A stretch of DNA of 64,000 nt from Minisyncoccota bacterium (lineage in GTDB: Bacteria; Patescibacteriota; Minisyncoccia; Phycocordibacterales; UBA9973), in NCBI GenBank assembly GCA_041662205.1, contig JBAZSZ010000001.1, positions 17,973-81,972 on the forward strand, in the 5' to 3' direction. Both the position numbers and the translations under genes were made by a program. The notes under the pieces were generated by a model, which saw only the letters and a program-made list of their open reading frames with translations, ran no database searches and was not told where the DNA came from. This document shows positions 1-9,390 of this stretch, in pieces; within the stretch, counting starts at the first letter, position 1, and the number at the start of each line of letters is the position of its first letter.

Positions 1-1
1 T

Positions 2-592
2 ATACCAATTTTTTTAATAATAATTTCCGGATTATTCTTTTTTATTTTTACTAATCCTCTTTATACTAAAATATCTACCTTAAATGAGGATGCTGCATCC
101 TATAATGGAGCGCTTGATAATTCTAAAATATTTGAAAATGAGCGTGATAAATTGACATCCAAATACAATCAAATTGATCCTGAAAATTTAGCTAAAATAC
201 AAAAACTTTTACCTGATAATGTTAATAACATTCGTTTGATTTTAGAAATAGGGCAAATAGCATCACCTTACGGAATGGTTTTGAAGGATATAAAATACAA
301 TGTGGTAGATACTGATGCTTCAGCCACTACAAAAGGAACAGCTGTCAGGGGTGGATCAACTGCTAAAACATCTAAAAATTATGGAGTTTTTGATTTAGAA
401 TTTTCCATATCAGGAACTTATGATAATTTTATTTCTTTTACTAAAGATTTAGAAAGCAATCTTCGAATTGTAGATATCTCATCTGTTGCTTTTTCGTCTA
501 ATGTTTCAAGCGCTGGTAGTAATTCGAAAACAAACCCTTCTGAAGTTTATAAATATGATTTTAAAATTAAAACCTATTATTTAAAAAACTAA
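2..592 (+). CDS. type IV pilus assembly protein, PilO-like; 5' end runs off the window
   Basis: The reading frame of the listed ORF (ATG at 152) stays open back to position 2 (IPIFLIIISGLFFFIFTNPLYTKISTLNEDAAS...), so the gene starts upstream of the window. It has an N-terminal hydrophobic anchor followed by a soluble domain and lies immediately upstream of pilB in a pilus gene cluster. The family assignment rests on architecture and context only. Confidence 0.4.
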   Translation: MPIFLIIISGLFFFIFTNPLYTKISTLNEDAASYNGALDNSKIFENERDKLTSKYNQIDPENLAKIQKLLPDNVNNIRLILEIGQIASPYGMVLKDIKYNVVDTDASATTKGTAVRGGSTAKTSKNYGVFDLEFSISGTYDNFISFTKDLESNLRIVDISSVAFSSNVSSAGSNSKTNPSEVYKYDFKIKTYYLKN

Positions 593-613
593 TTTTAAAA
601 AAGATTTAAAAAA

Positions 614-1030
614 ATGCCAAAAATTAAAAACATTATAATATTTATAGCAATAGCATTAGTGTTCTTTTTAATTTATATTTTTTTTATAAAACCATCTCCC
701 AAGCAGGCTAGTCTAGTTTCGGCAGGAGCAAAGACTACTTTACCTAATATGGATGGTTCTACTTCCAATCCAAGTACTACAAATACAAATTCTTCGATTT
801 CTAAAGATTTTCTCTTAATATTTTCTAATATTAAAGATATAAAGTTAAATGATGCTATTTTTTCTGATCCAGCATTTATTAGTTTACATGATTCTAGTAT
901 TATCCTTACCCCAGATGGTACTGAAGGCAGGCCAAACCCTTTTGCTCAATTTGGAAATGATGCTACTCTACCTCCACCCGTAAAAAGTTCCAACTCTACC
1001 TCTACTATTTCTGAGCCGATTACCCCCTAA
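614..1030 (+). CDS. hypothetical membrane-anchored Ser/Thr/Pro-rich protein in the pilus cluster (PilP-like position)
   Basis: N-terminal TM helix IIIFIAIALVFFLIYIFFI followed by a low-complexity S/T/N-rich region. It is co-directional with the flanking pilus genes and separated from them by only 21 and 5 nt. Confidence 0.45.
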   Translation: MPKIKNIIIFIAIALVFFLIYIFFIKPSPKQASLVSAGAKTTLPNMDGSTSNPSTTNTNSSISKDFLLIFSNIKDIKLNDAIFSDPAFISLHDSSIILTPDGTEGRPNPFAQFGNDATLPPPVKSSNSTSTISEPITP

Positions 1031-1035
1031 ATATT

Positions 1036-2778
1036 ATGAGTTTTTTAGAAGAATTAGCTAAAAAAGGTTTAATAAATGAAAGCCAAATAGGCGAAATTAG
1101 TAGTCGTGCAAAAAAAGAACACGATGGAAATATAGAGGAAACTCTTATTGAATTAGGTATTCCAGAGGAAAAAATTCTTGAAATAAAAGGAGGATATTTA
1201 GGTATTCCAATAAGAAGTATTAATTCTAAAGAGATATCTTTTGAGGCGTTGAAATATATTTCAGAAGATTCAGCTGCCCATTATCATTTTGTACCCATAG
1301 CATTAAAAGACGGAGTCCTAGAAGTAGGAGTACTCGACCCAGAAAACATCCAGGCGATAGACGCTTTACAATTTATCTCTACCAAGATAGGTATTCCTTT
1401 TAAAATTTTCTTAATTTCTAAAAGTAGTTATGAAAATATTATGCAATCCTATAAAGGATTAGGGAGTCAGGTAGATGAAGCTTTGAAAGAGTTAGGCAAA
1501 GAAGAAATAATTAATATAAAAAGTTTAAGTGAAGAAAATCTCAGTAAAGAAATTAATAATATAAAAAAAGGTGAAGAAGTAAAAATGGTAGAGGATGCAC
1601 CAGTCATAAAAATCGTAGCTGTTATTTTGCGTAATGCTGTGGAGGGAAATGCTTCTGATATCCATATTGAATTCACGGGTGAAAAAGTCAAAGTACGTTT
1701 TCGGGTAGATGGGATATTGCATACTTCAATAACATTACCACCAAATGTCTATGGTGGTATTGTTGCCCGCATAAAAATTCTTTCTAAATTAAGATTAGAT
1801 GAGAAGCGCAAACCTCAAGATGGATCTTTTAGCGCAAATATTGATGAACGCAAAATTGATTTTCGTGTTTCTACTATGCCAGCATATTATGGAGAAAAGG
1901 TTGTTATGCGTATTTTGGATTCTGAGAGAGGAGTGAAGTCTCTAGACCAAATAGGATTATCGGAAACAAATTTAAATATAATCAGAGAAGCAATTAAAAG
2001 GCCTTATGGACTTATTTTGATTACTGGTCCGACTGGGTCTGGAAAATCCACCACTTTATATTCAATGATGAACGAACTTAATAAAGAAGAAAGCAATATT
2101 GTCTCTTTAGAAGATCCAGTAGAATACCATATGTTGGACATAAATCAGTCGCAAGTAATGCCGGAAATTGGCTATACTTTTGCAAATGGGCTTCGCTCAA
2201 TTCTTCGTCAAGACCCAGATATAATTATGGTTGGAGAAATTCGAGATAAAGAAACTGCTCAACTTGCAATTCAAGCTGCTCTGACTGGACATCTAGTTCT
2301 TTCCACTCTTCATACCAACAATGCAATTGGTGCAATTCCTCGTCTGGTAGACATGGGTGTTGACCCATATTTAATTGCGCCGACCTTAATTGTCTCTATT
2401 GCTCAACGTTTAGCTAGGATGACTTATCCAGCCTCACGCAAAGAAATGCCGTTGAGTGAAAGTGTAAAAAAACAAATAGATGAGCAGTTGAAAGATTTAC
2501 CGGACGAGTTTAAACCGAAAATAGGGGATAAGATGTATGATACTGTGCCATCTCCTGAGTGCCCTTCGGGAACAAAAGGACGTATCGCTGTTTTTGAAAT
2601 GTTCAAAATTGATAAGGATATGCAGGCTGTAATACTTAAAAATCCCACAGATGTCGAAATTTACAAATTAGCTCGAAGTAAAGGAATGTTGACGATGAAA
2701 GAAGATGCAATATTGAAATCTTTACAAGGAATAATACCATATACTGAAGTCTATAATTTTAGCAATGAGAATGAATAA
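1036..2778 (+). CDS. pilB: type IV pilus assembly ATPase PilB (GspE family)
   Basis: Walker A LITGPTGSGKSTTLYS; the GspE-type motifs DPVEY, IMVGEIRD and LVLSTLHTN; and a long N-terminal GSPII_E_N-like domain. Length 580 aa. Confidence 0.9.
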   Translation: MSFLEELAKKGLINESQIGEISSRAKKEHDGNIEETLIELGIPEEKILEIKGGYLGIPIRSINSKEISFEALKYISEDSAAHYHFVPIALKDGVLEVGVLDPENIQAIDALQFISTKIGIPFKIFLISKSSYENIMQSYKGLGSQVDEALKELGKEEIINIKSLSEENLSKEINNIKKGEEVKMVEDAPVIKIVAVILRNAVEGNASDIHIEFTGEKVKVRFRVDGILHTSITLPPNVYGGIVARIKILSKLRLDEKRKPQDGSFSANIDERKIDFRVSTMPAYYGEKVVMRILDSERGVKSLDQIGLSETNLNIIREAIKRPYGLILITGPTGSGKSTTLYSMMNELNKEESNIVSLEDPVEYHMLDINQSQVMPEIGYTFANGLRSILRQDPDIIMVGEIRDKETAQLAIQAALTGHLVLSTLHTNNAIGAIPRLVDMGVDPYLIAPTLIVSIAQRLARMTYPASRKEMPLSESVKKQIDEQLKDLPDEFKPKIGDKMYDTVPSPECPSGTKGRIAVFEMFKIDKDMQAVILKNPTDVEIYKLARSKGMLTMKEDAILKSLQGIIPYTEVYNFSNENE

Positions 2779-2886
2779 GCTTTTTCGGTCGAATGAGCCG
2801 TTCAAGCCCTGAGGCCTTCAGGCCCGAATGAGTTGTCCACAGTGTATTTTTTTATAGGTAATTTTGTAGTATAATGAGTTAATATT

Positions 2887-3282
2887 ATGGAAAATGAAAA
2901 AATAAAAATTTTAATAGTTGATGATGATAGTTTTCTTTTGGATATGTATGCGCTTAAATTTAGCCAGAATAATTTTGAAGTCTATACGGCAGGAGATGGT
3001 GTTCATGCATTAGAAAAACTTAAAGAAGGATTGTCTCCTGATATTCTCTTGATTGATATAATCATGCCAGAGATGGATGGTTTTGAAACCTTAACACAAA
3101 TAAAATCTCAAGGTTTATGTCCAAATTGTGTAAAAATAATTTTATCTAATAAAAGTGAACAGCGAGATATGGATGAAGGCAATAAGCTAGGAGTAGCAGG
3201 TTATATTGTGAAAGCCAATTTTACTCCAGCAGAAGTTATTCAACAAGTGGCAAAAATTTTAGAACAAAAAAATCAAAAATAA
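2887..3282 (+). CDS. single-domain response regulator (CheY-like receiver)
   Basis: KILIVDDDSFLLDMYALKF followed by the phospho-acceptor Asp region LLIDIIMPEMDGFETL, then ILSNKS and a C-terminal helix. There is no output domain. A TATAAT at 2869-2874 lies 12 nt upstream of the ATG. Confidence 0.85.
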   Translation: MENEKIKILIVDDDSFLLDMYALKFSQNNFEVYTAGDGVHALEKLKEGLSPDILLIDIIMPEMDGFETLTQIKSQGLCPNCVKIILSNKSEQRDMDEGNKLGVAGYIVKANFTPAEVIQQVAKILEQKNQK

Positions 3283-3283
3283 A

Positions 3284-4345
3284 ATGACAGATTATAAAAA
3301 AGCGCTAGAAGATCTTATTTTAAAGGTTATTCACGAGGGCGGTTCGGACTTGCATTTAGGTGTAGGGCGCGTGCCGGCTATCCGTGTATCCGGAGAACTT
3401 ATTTTTCTCACTAGAGATCCAATTCTTACAAAAGAAGACATTTTTGGAATTTTAAGTGAAATTTTAGAAAAATCTAAAATAGATAATTTTAAAGAAAATT
3501 TTGAGGTTGATTTTTCTTATGATTTTCGCGGGGAAGCTAGATTGCGTGGAAATGCTTTTTTTCAAAAAGGGTTGGTCAATATGGTTTTTCGTTTGGTGCC
3601 AAAAGTCCAAACCATAGAGCAATTACGTTTGCCTCCTATTTTGGCTGATTTAGCTCGCAAAAAACAAGGATTTTTTTTAGTGGTAGGTCCAGTCGGACAA
3701 GGTAAATCAACCACTTTATCAGCAATGATAAACGTAATAAATAATGAGCAAGCACGTCACATAATAACTATTGAGGATCCGATTGAGCATGTATTTATTC
3801 CCAATAAATCTATAATCAATCAACGAGAAGTAGGGATTGATACTAAAGATTTTCATTCTGCGCTTAAAGAAGTTTTTCGTGAAGATGTAAATGTAATCAT
3901 GGTAGGCGAAATGCGTACACCAGAAACTATTTCTACGGCTGTGACTGCGGCTGAAACAGGACATCTTGTATTTTCAACACTTCATACAAATAATGCCTCC
4001 CAGACCATAGATAGAATTATTGATTCTTTTCCAGGAGATCAGCAAGATCAAATTCGCGCCCAGCTTTCAACCTCTTTGCTTGGTATTTTTTCTCAAAGAC
4101 TTATCCCTAGAATTACAGGTGGACTTGTTCCGGCTTACGAGCTTCTTTTAAACAATAATGCAGTTTCTAATTTAATCCGTGAAAAACGCACCCACGAAAT
4201 AGACGTGGTTATAGAAACAGGCATGGAGTCAGGAATGGTAGATTTAAATCATTCACTGCTTGAGCTTTTGCGTGCCGGAGAAATATCTATTGAGAACGCT
4301 TATCAGAATTCATTTAATCCAAAAGGTTTGGAACGGTTAATCTAA
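3284..4345 (+). CDS. pilT: twitching-motility/retraction ATPase PilT
   Basis: Walker A VVGPVGQGKSTTLSAMIN; ITIEDPIE, IMVGEMR and VFSTLHTNNA motifs. At 353 aa with no N-terminal extension it is PilT-type rather than PilB-type. Confidence 0.9.
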   Translation: MTDYKKALEDLILKVIHEGGSDLHLGVGRVPAIRVSGELIFLTRDPILTKEDIFGILSEILEKSKIDNFKENFEVDFSYDFRGEARLRGNAFFQKGLVNMVFRLVPKVQTIEQLRLPPILADLARKKQGFFLVVGPVGQGKSTTLSAMINVINNEQARHIITIEDPIEHVFIPNKSIINQREVGIDTKDFHSALKEVFREDVNVIMVGEMRTPETISTAVTAAETGHLVFSTLHTNNASQTIDRIIDSFPGDQQDQIRAQLSTSLLGIFSQRLIPRITGGLVPAYELLLNNNAVSNLIREKRTHEIDVVIETGMESGMVDLNHSLLELLRAGEISIENAYQNSFNPKGLERLI

Positions 4346-4351
4346 TAAGAT

Positions 4352-4394
4352 CCTACACCAGGAGAAGGGGATTTCCCCTTCTCCTGGTGTAGGG
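4352..4394 (+). terminator. intrinsic terminator-like hairpin after pilT with a perfect 19-bp stem
   Basis: CCTACACCAGGAGAAGGGG-attt-CCCCTTCTCCTGGTGTAGG, a perfect inverted repeat, GC-rich in an AT-rich background. It lies between the pilT stop and the pilC start. Confidence 0.6.
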
Positions 4395-4404
4395 AATAAA
4401 ATAT

Positions 4405-5613
4405 ATGCTATTCAAATATAAAGCTATAGATGACAAAGGTGTAAACAAAGAAGGAGAAATTGATGCACCTAGTCGTGACATGGCAATTAGTGGACTTCAA
4501 CACCGAGGACTCATTGTTATTTCTATTTATGGAGAAAAAGAAAAAAAATCTATTTTTCAAATTTCTTTCTTTGAAAGAGTAAAGACGAAAGATGTTGTAG
4601 TTCTTTCTCGTCAAATTGCAACTTTGTTTGAAGCGCAAATTTCTGCTTTGAAAGCTTTCACCATGCTTGCGAACAACACAGAGAACAAACTTCTTGGATC
4701 TAAACTTTCACAAATTGTCGATGATCTTCAAGCTGGAGTTTCTATTTCTGGAGCTCTTTCTCATCACCCAGATGTATTTTCTGAGTTTTATATAAACATG
4801 GTAAAAGTTGGTGAAGAGACAGGGAAGCTCAATCAAACCTTTTTACACTTAGCAGATTATTTAGATCGTCAGTACGCTCTCACTTCTAAAACTAAAAATG
4901 CGCTTATTTATCCGGCTTTTGTTGTCGTTACTTTTTTTATCGTGATGATTTTGATGTTTACTGTCGTTATTCCAAAGTTGGCCGTTATTATTCAAGATTC
5001 AGGTCAAGAAGTTCCATTTTTTACTCAGGTGGTGATTGCAATTTCAAATATATTTGTTCATTATGGTTTTTTTATTTTTATTTTTTTAATATCTTTTGGA
5101 ATTTGGATTTGGTATTTATCGACTACCACAAAAGGAAAAATTTCTCTTGATGCTTTAAAACTTTCTTTACCGGGTGTCGGTGTTTTGTATAAAAAACTTT
5201 ATCTTTCAAGAATAACTGACAATCTAGGCACCATGCTTGAGTCTGGTGTTCCTATAATTCGATCAGTAGACATTACTTCAGAAGTTGTAGGCTCTTTGGC
5301 ATATAAAAACATATTAGTAGATGTGGCTAATAGCCTAAGATCAGGCTTGGTTCTTTCAGAGGCATTTGGAAAATTTCCTGAACAAATTCCTAGAATGTTT
5401 GTCCAAATGATACAAGTTGGAGAAGAGACAGGTTCTATGGGATCTATTTTTAAAAATCTTACTAATTTTTATGAGCGGGAAGTGGGTTCTGCAATAGATA
5501 CGTTGGTTGGATTGATAGAGCCAGTGATGATCGTGGTTTTGGGTTTTGGGGTGGGAATACTTTTGGTTTCTGTATTGATGCCAATTTATAATATGGCTGG
5601 GAGCATTAGTTAA
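4405..5613 (+). CDS. pilC: type IV pilus inner-membrane platform protein PilC (GspF family)
   Basis: Two GspF-type repeats, each with the sequence (K/Q)VGEETG (MVKVGEETGKL and MIQVGEETGSM), plus three predicted TM segments. Length 402 aa. Confidence 0.9.
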   Translation: MLFKYKAIDDKGVNKEGEIDAPSRDMAISGLQHRGLIVISIYGEKEKKSIFQISFFERVKTKDVVVLSRQIATLFEAQISALKAFTMLANNTENKLLGSKLSQIVDDLQAGVSISGALSHHPDVFSEFYINMVKVGEETGKLNQTFLHLADYLDRQYALTSKTKNALIYPAFVVVTFFIVMILMFTVVIPKLAVIIQDSGQEVPFFTQVVIAISNIFVHYGFFIFIFLISFGIWIWYLSTTTKGKISLDALKLSLPGVGVLYKKLYLSRITDNLGTMLESGVPIIRSVDITSEVVGSLAYKNILVDVANSLRSGLVLSEAFGKFPEQIPRMFVQMIQVGEETGSMGSIFKNLTNFYEREVGSAIDTLVGLIEPVMIVVLGFGVGILLVSVLMPIYNMAGSIS

Positions 5614-5649
5614 AAGGCCTGCCCATGCAGACAGGTGTGGATAACCATC

Positions 5650-5681
5650 TTGCCTAGACATTTTTATCTGTATGATATAAT
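5650..5681 (+). promoter_or_regulatory. candidate sigma-70 promoter for the first pilin gene (extended -10 TGaTATAAT)
   Basis: TAGACA (5655-5660) or TTGCCT (5650-5655) followed by tgaTATAAT ending at 5681. The same ATATGATATAAT string recurs upstream of the second pilin gene at about 6287-6298. Confidence 0.4.
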
Positions 5682-5741
5682 AAGTGTATTAAAAATTAGT
5701 CGAAAAATTATAAGTTGTTTATTAATAATTAGAATTTAAAT

Positions 5742-6218
5742 ATGAAGAATTTCAAAAAAGGTTTTACATTGATTGAACTTTTGGTGGTCGTTGCTATTAT
5801 CGGTATTTTGGCGTCAGTTGTTTTGGCATCACTTAACACCGCACGTTCAAAAGGATCTGATGCAGCTATCAAGGCAAACTTGACTAATACTCGTGCTCAA
5901 GCAGCTATCTTTTATGATACGAATAATACATATTTAGCAGTTTGTACCACAGCAACTACTGGAATTGGTTCTGGTGTATCAGCAGCCTCAACTGCGGCTG
6001 GAACTGGTGCTGTTGTTAATGTTTTAGCTACTGCACAAATAGCTACAACCACTAACTGTCATGATACAGCAGCTGGTTATGCTGCTGCGACTCCATTAAA
6101 AAACAACAATAGTACTGCTCCTTTTACTGCTGCTGTTGATTACTTCTGTGTGGATTCAGCTGGTGCAGCGATAACAACAGAAACTCCGCTTGCAGCTAGT
6201 GCCGTTACTTGTTCATAG
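5742..6218 (+). CDS. type IV major pilin (prepilin with class III signal peptide)
   Basis: MKNFKKG|FTLIELLVVVAIIGILASVVL: G at -1, F at +1 and E at +5 form the classic prepilin peptidase site. The C-terminal region is A/T-rich with a Cys pair. Confidence 0.9.
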   Translation: MKNFKKGFTLIELLVVVAIIGILASVVLASLNTARSKGSDAAIKANLTNTRAQAAIFYDTNNTYLAVCTTATTGIGSGVSAASTAAGTGAVVNVLATAQIATTTNCHDTAAGYAAATPLKNNNSTAPFTAAVDYFCVDSAGAAITTETPLAASAVTCS

Positions 6219-6240
6219 TTTTGACTTAGTATAATTTTAC

Positions 6241-6280
6241 AAAAACCACTCCGACCTAGATCGGAGTGGTTTTTGTTTTT
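6241..6280 (+). terminator. rho-independent terminator between the two pilin genes
   Basis: AACCACTCCGA-cctaga-TCGGAGTGGTT followed by TTTTGTTTTT. Confidence 0.75.
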
Positions 6281-6333
6281 ATATATATGATATAATATAG
6301 ATAGGTTTTTTATTAAAATTAATTATATTAAAA

Positions 6334-6816
6334 ATGAACCCAAAAAAAGGTTTTACATTGATTGAACTTTTGGTGGTCGTTGCTATTGTCGGTATTTTAG
6401 CTGCGGTTGTTATGGTAGCGTTGACCAGTGCTAGAAATAAAGGTGGAGATGCAGGAGTGAAGTCAAATTTAAGAAATGCCATAACGCAAGGAGAAATTTT
6501 TTATAACATTAATACAGTTGTTCCTAGTAGTTATACAAATGTTTGTACCAATGGTCCTATTGGTAGTCCTGCAGTTAATGGTATTGGTGCACAAGTTTTA
6601 GCTGCGGCCAAAGCCAATGGTTATGCCAGTTACGCTACTAATGCAATTGGTACTACGACCACTGCAACTTGTAATAATAGCGCAAATGGTTGGGCAGCGG
6701 AAGTTCCGTTGAAATCTGCGGGCACAAATCAAATGTGGTGTGTAGACTGGACAGGGAAATCTTTGCAGACGAATGGCAGTACGCTTTCAACCAGTGCAGA
6801 TGTGGCTTGTAATTAA
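6334..6816 (+). CDS. type IV pilin, second paralogue
   Basis: MNPKKG|FTLIELLVVVAIVGILAAVVMVAL, a C-terminal Cys pair, and its own promoter-like ATATGATATAAT upstream. Confidence 0.9.
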   Translation: MNPKKGFTLIELLVVVAIVGILAAVVMVALTSARNKGGDAGVKSNLRNAITQGEIFYNINTVVPSSYTNVCTNGPIGSPAVNGIGAQVLAAAKANGYASYATNAIGTTTTATCNNSANGWAAEVPLKSAGTNQMWCVDWTGKSLQTNGSTLSTSADVACN

Positions 6817-6831
6817 TATTTATAAACAAAC

Positions 6832-7629
6832 ATGATTCCAATTCTTACAATTACTTTCTTTATACTTGGTATGATTGTCGGAAGCTTTTTAAATGTGGTT
6901 ATTCTTCGATTTAATACTCAAAAATCCTTTGGTGGCAGAAGTGGATGTATGCATTGTCAGAAAAAACTCTCTTGGTATGAGCTTATTCCTATTTTCAGTT
7001 TTTTAGCACTTTCGGGAAGATGTCGAAATTGTAAAACAAAAATATCTTTTCAATATCCTACTGTGGAGCTTATCACAGGTTTAGTTTTTGCTCTTTTGTT
7101 TTTAAAATTCCAAGATTTATTTTTTTCTTATATTTTTATTTTTAGTATTACTTATGCATACTATGTTACTGTATTTTCTATTCTTATAATCATTGCTGTT
7201 TATGATTTTAAGCACAAAATAATTCCAGATGTTCTTTCTTTTGCTTTTGGTATTTTAGCTTTTACGGGTTTATTCTTTTTTAGCACCAATGATTTTTCTG
7301 CTTTTTCTTTTCATTTTCCCACTCTTTTAGAATTTTTAGCAGGCCCAATAATTTCTCTACCTTTTGCTTTTTTTTGGTTGGTATCCTCTGGGAGATGGAT
7401 GGGGCTAGGGGACGCAAAACTTGCAATTGGTTTAGGATGGTTACTTGGTTTACCGTTGGCTCTTACTGGCGTAGTATTTTCTTTTTGGATTGGGTCTGTG
7501 GTAGGTATTGCTCTCGTTATTTTTTCTAAAAAGCTTGGGATGAAAAGTGAAATTCCTTTTGCCCCGTTTTTGGTTTTGGGTTCATTATTAGTGTTTCTTT
7601 TTGGATTAAATCTTTTCCCACTTCTTTAA
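6832..7629 (+). CDS. pilD: prepilin peptidase PilD (A24 family)
   Basis: N-terminal tetracysteine CMHCQ...CRNC typical of PilD, multiple TM helices, and the conserved LGLGDAKL region containing the active-site Asp. Confidence 0.85.
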   Translation: MIPILTITFFILGMIVGSFLNVVILRFNTQKSFGGRSGCMHCQKKLSWYELIPIFSFLALSGRCRNCKTKISFQYPTVELITGLVFALLFLKFQDLFFSYIFIFSITYAYYVTVFSILIIIAVYDFKHKIIPDVLSFAFGILAFTGLFFFSTNDFSAFSFHFPTLLEFLAGPIISLPFAFFWLVSSGRWMGLGDAKLAIGLGWLLGLPLALTGVVFSFWIGSVVGIALVIFSKKLGMKSEIPFAPFLVLGSLLVFLFGLNLFPLL

Positions 7630-8259
7630 ATGAATAAACAAATTCAAAAAAATAAAGCCTGCTTGCCATGTTCCAAATATAGTTTTTATAAGCGAGGGAT
7701 GTCTTATGTGGAGCTTATAGTAGTTTTGAGCATTTTTGCCACCTTGTCTTCTGTTGTAATCTTTAATCATGGGGACTTTCAAGATAGGGTGGATATTAAA
7801 AATTTAGCTAGCGATATTGCTTTGAAAATTATTGAGGCGCAAAAATCATCCGTAAATGGAGTGATGCCACCTTTAGGACATACACCAGATGATCCAGATA
7901 ATTGGAAACCAGCTTATGGAGTTTATTTTGATATTACAAGTAATGATAAACAATTTGTTTACTTTACCGATTTAGATAAAGACAACACTTACTCTTTTGG
8001 TGGTGAGTTGCTGGATACTATAGATATTACTAAAAACAATTTTATATCAAATATAGATACCTGTTCAGTCGATCCTTGTGCTTTAGGTAGTGAATCAACC
8101 AACCTTCTATCTATCACTTTTACCCGGCTAAATTCTGGTGCGTCTTTTGATGGTGCAACACTGACTGGTTCTGATTATATTCAAATTGCTATTTCTTCAC
8201 CCAAGGGAGCGACGGCTTTAGTAAAAGTATATCCTTCAGGAAGAGTGCGGGTGAATTAA
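7630..8259 (+). CDS. minor pilin / pseudopilin-like protein with a long leader
   Basis: A 23-aa leader, then KRG|MSYVELIVVLSIFATL (Glu at +5) and a beta-rich C-terminal domain. Confidence 0.7.
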   Translation: MNKQIQKNKACLPCSKYSFYKRGMSYVELIVVLSIFATLSSVVIFNHGDFQDRVDIKNLASDIALKIIEAQKSSVNGVMPPLGHTPDDPDNWKPAYGVYFDITSNDKQFVYFTDLDKDNTYSFGGELLDTIDITKNNFISNIDTCSVDPCALGSESTNLLSITFTRLNSGASFDGATLTGSDYIQIAISSPKGATALVKVYPSGRVRVN

Positions 8260-8273
8260 ATTAATTAAAAATT

Positions 8274-8897
8274 ATGAATTACAAATTACAAATAAAAAAA
8301 TCAAAAGATGCGGGCCGAAGGGTCCTGAGCGAAGCGAAGGGATACACCATCATAGAAACAATGATCTCTGTTTCTCTTTTTGTAATCATTGTCACCATAG
8401 CCATGGGATCTTTATTAAATGCTAATTTGCTTCATAAAAAATCACAAAAGATGCGCTCGATTATAGATAATTTAAGTTTCATAATGGAAGATATGTCTAG
8501 AAATTTGAGAACGGGGTACAATTATCATTGTATAGATGGTGGTGATCCTAGTCTTATTAATACTGATGTTCGTAGTTGTTCTGACATTAACGGGGGAGGT
8601 GGAATTTCTTTTAAATCTTCTCTTGGTGATCAATGGGTTTATTTTATTGGAACTTACGGTGGTAAGGATGGAATTTTTAGATCATTTGATGGAGGAAATA
8701 CTTTTATTCAATTAAATTCTGATGAAATTGAAATTGATTCTATATCTTCTTTTAAGGTAGAAGGTGCTGAGCTACCACCAGGAGACAGTCAACAACCTTT
8801 TGTTACTATTAAATTAGTTGGAAGAATAATTTCTGATGGAGTTTCTTCAACTTTCTCTTTACAAACTTCTGTCTCTCAAAGACGAATAGATATATAA
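8274..8897 (+). CDS. minor pilin / pseudopilin-like protein
   Basis: Leader then AKG|YTIIETMISVSLFVIIV (Glu at +5). Confidence 0.7.
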   Translation: MNYKLQIKKSKDAGRRVLSEAKGYTIIETMISVSLFVIIVTIAMGSLLNANLLHKKSQKMRSIIDNLSFIMEDMSRNLRTGYNYHCIDGGDPSLINTDVRSCSDINGGGGISFKSSLGDQWVYFIGTYGGKDGIFRSFDGGNTFIQLNSDEIEIDSISSFKVEGAELPPGDSQQPFVTIKLVGRIISDGVSSTFSLQTSVSQRRIDI

Positions 8898-8924
8898 TAC
8901 CCAGTATGATTTTGCCTAAATCAA

Positions 8925-9380
8925 ATGAAAATATATTCATTACAAAAAAATAAAAGTCGTCAGATCCTGAGTTTATCGAAGGGTTTTACTTTAGTAGAGG
9001 CACTGGTTTCTATTTCTGTTCTAACTATGTCAGTCTTGGGTTTGATGTCAATTTTAGCTTCTAGTATTTCTGACACTGCTAATGTTAAAAATAAAATTAA
9101 AGCTGAATATTTTGCACAAGAAGGAATTGAATGTGCTAGAAATACACGTGATACTTATGTTTTGTATCCAGCAGCAGGTCGTTCTTGGGATAGTTTTATA
9201 GCACTCAATAGTAATAATATTATTTGTCCTAATACTGAGCTTAGTTTTACACGTACTATAACAAAAACACAAATAAGTACTGATGAAGTAAAAATTGAAT
9301 CTACTGTAACTTGGAATCAAGGTTCGGGACCAAGGAGCGTGATTTTTTCAGAAAATTTATTTAATTGGATAGAATTATGA
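8925..9380 (+). CDS. minor pilin (PilV-like)
   Basis: Leader then SKG|FTLVEALVSISVL (Glu at +5). Confidence 0.7.
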   Translation: MKIYSLQKNKSRQILSLSKGFTLVEALVSISVLTMSVLGLMSILASSISDTANVKNKIKAEYFAQEGIECARNTRDTYVLYPAAGRSWDSFIALNSNNIICPNTELSFTRTITKTQISTDEVKIESTVTWNQGSGPRSVIFSENLFNWIEL

Positions 9381-9390
9381 TAAGAATACT

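Noticed and set aside
1467-1722. Antisense ORFs inside pilB (1467..1691 -, 1525..1722 -); the same pattern recurs inside pilT, pilC, ligA, rpoB, rpoC and other genes
   Set aside because: They lie fully inside strongly supported genes on the opposite strand, have low-complexity or hydrophobic translations typical of AT-rich antisense frames, and show no motifs.
2796-2850. Possible terminator after pilB (CCTGA-ggcct-TCAGG plus T-run)
   Set aside because: Only a 5-bp stem could be drawn confidently, and the flanking cgaatgag direct repeat is short. It is too weak to annotate as a feature, though a terminator here is plausible.
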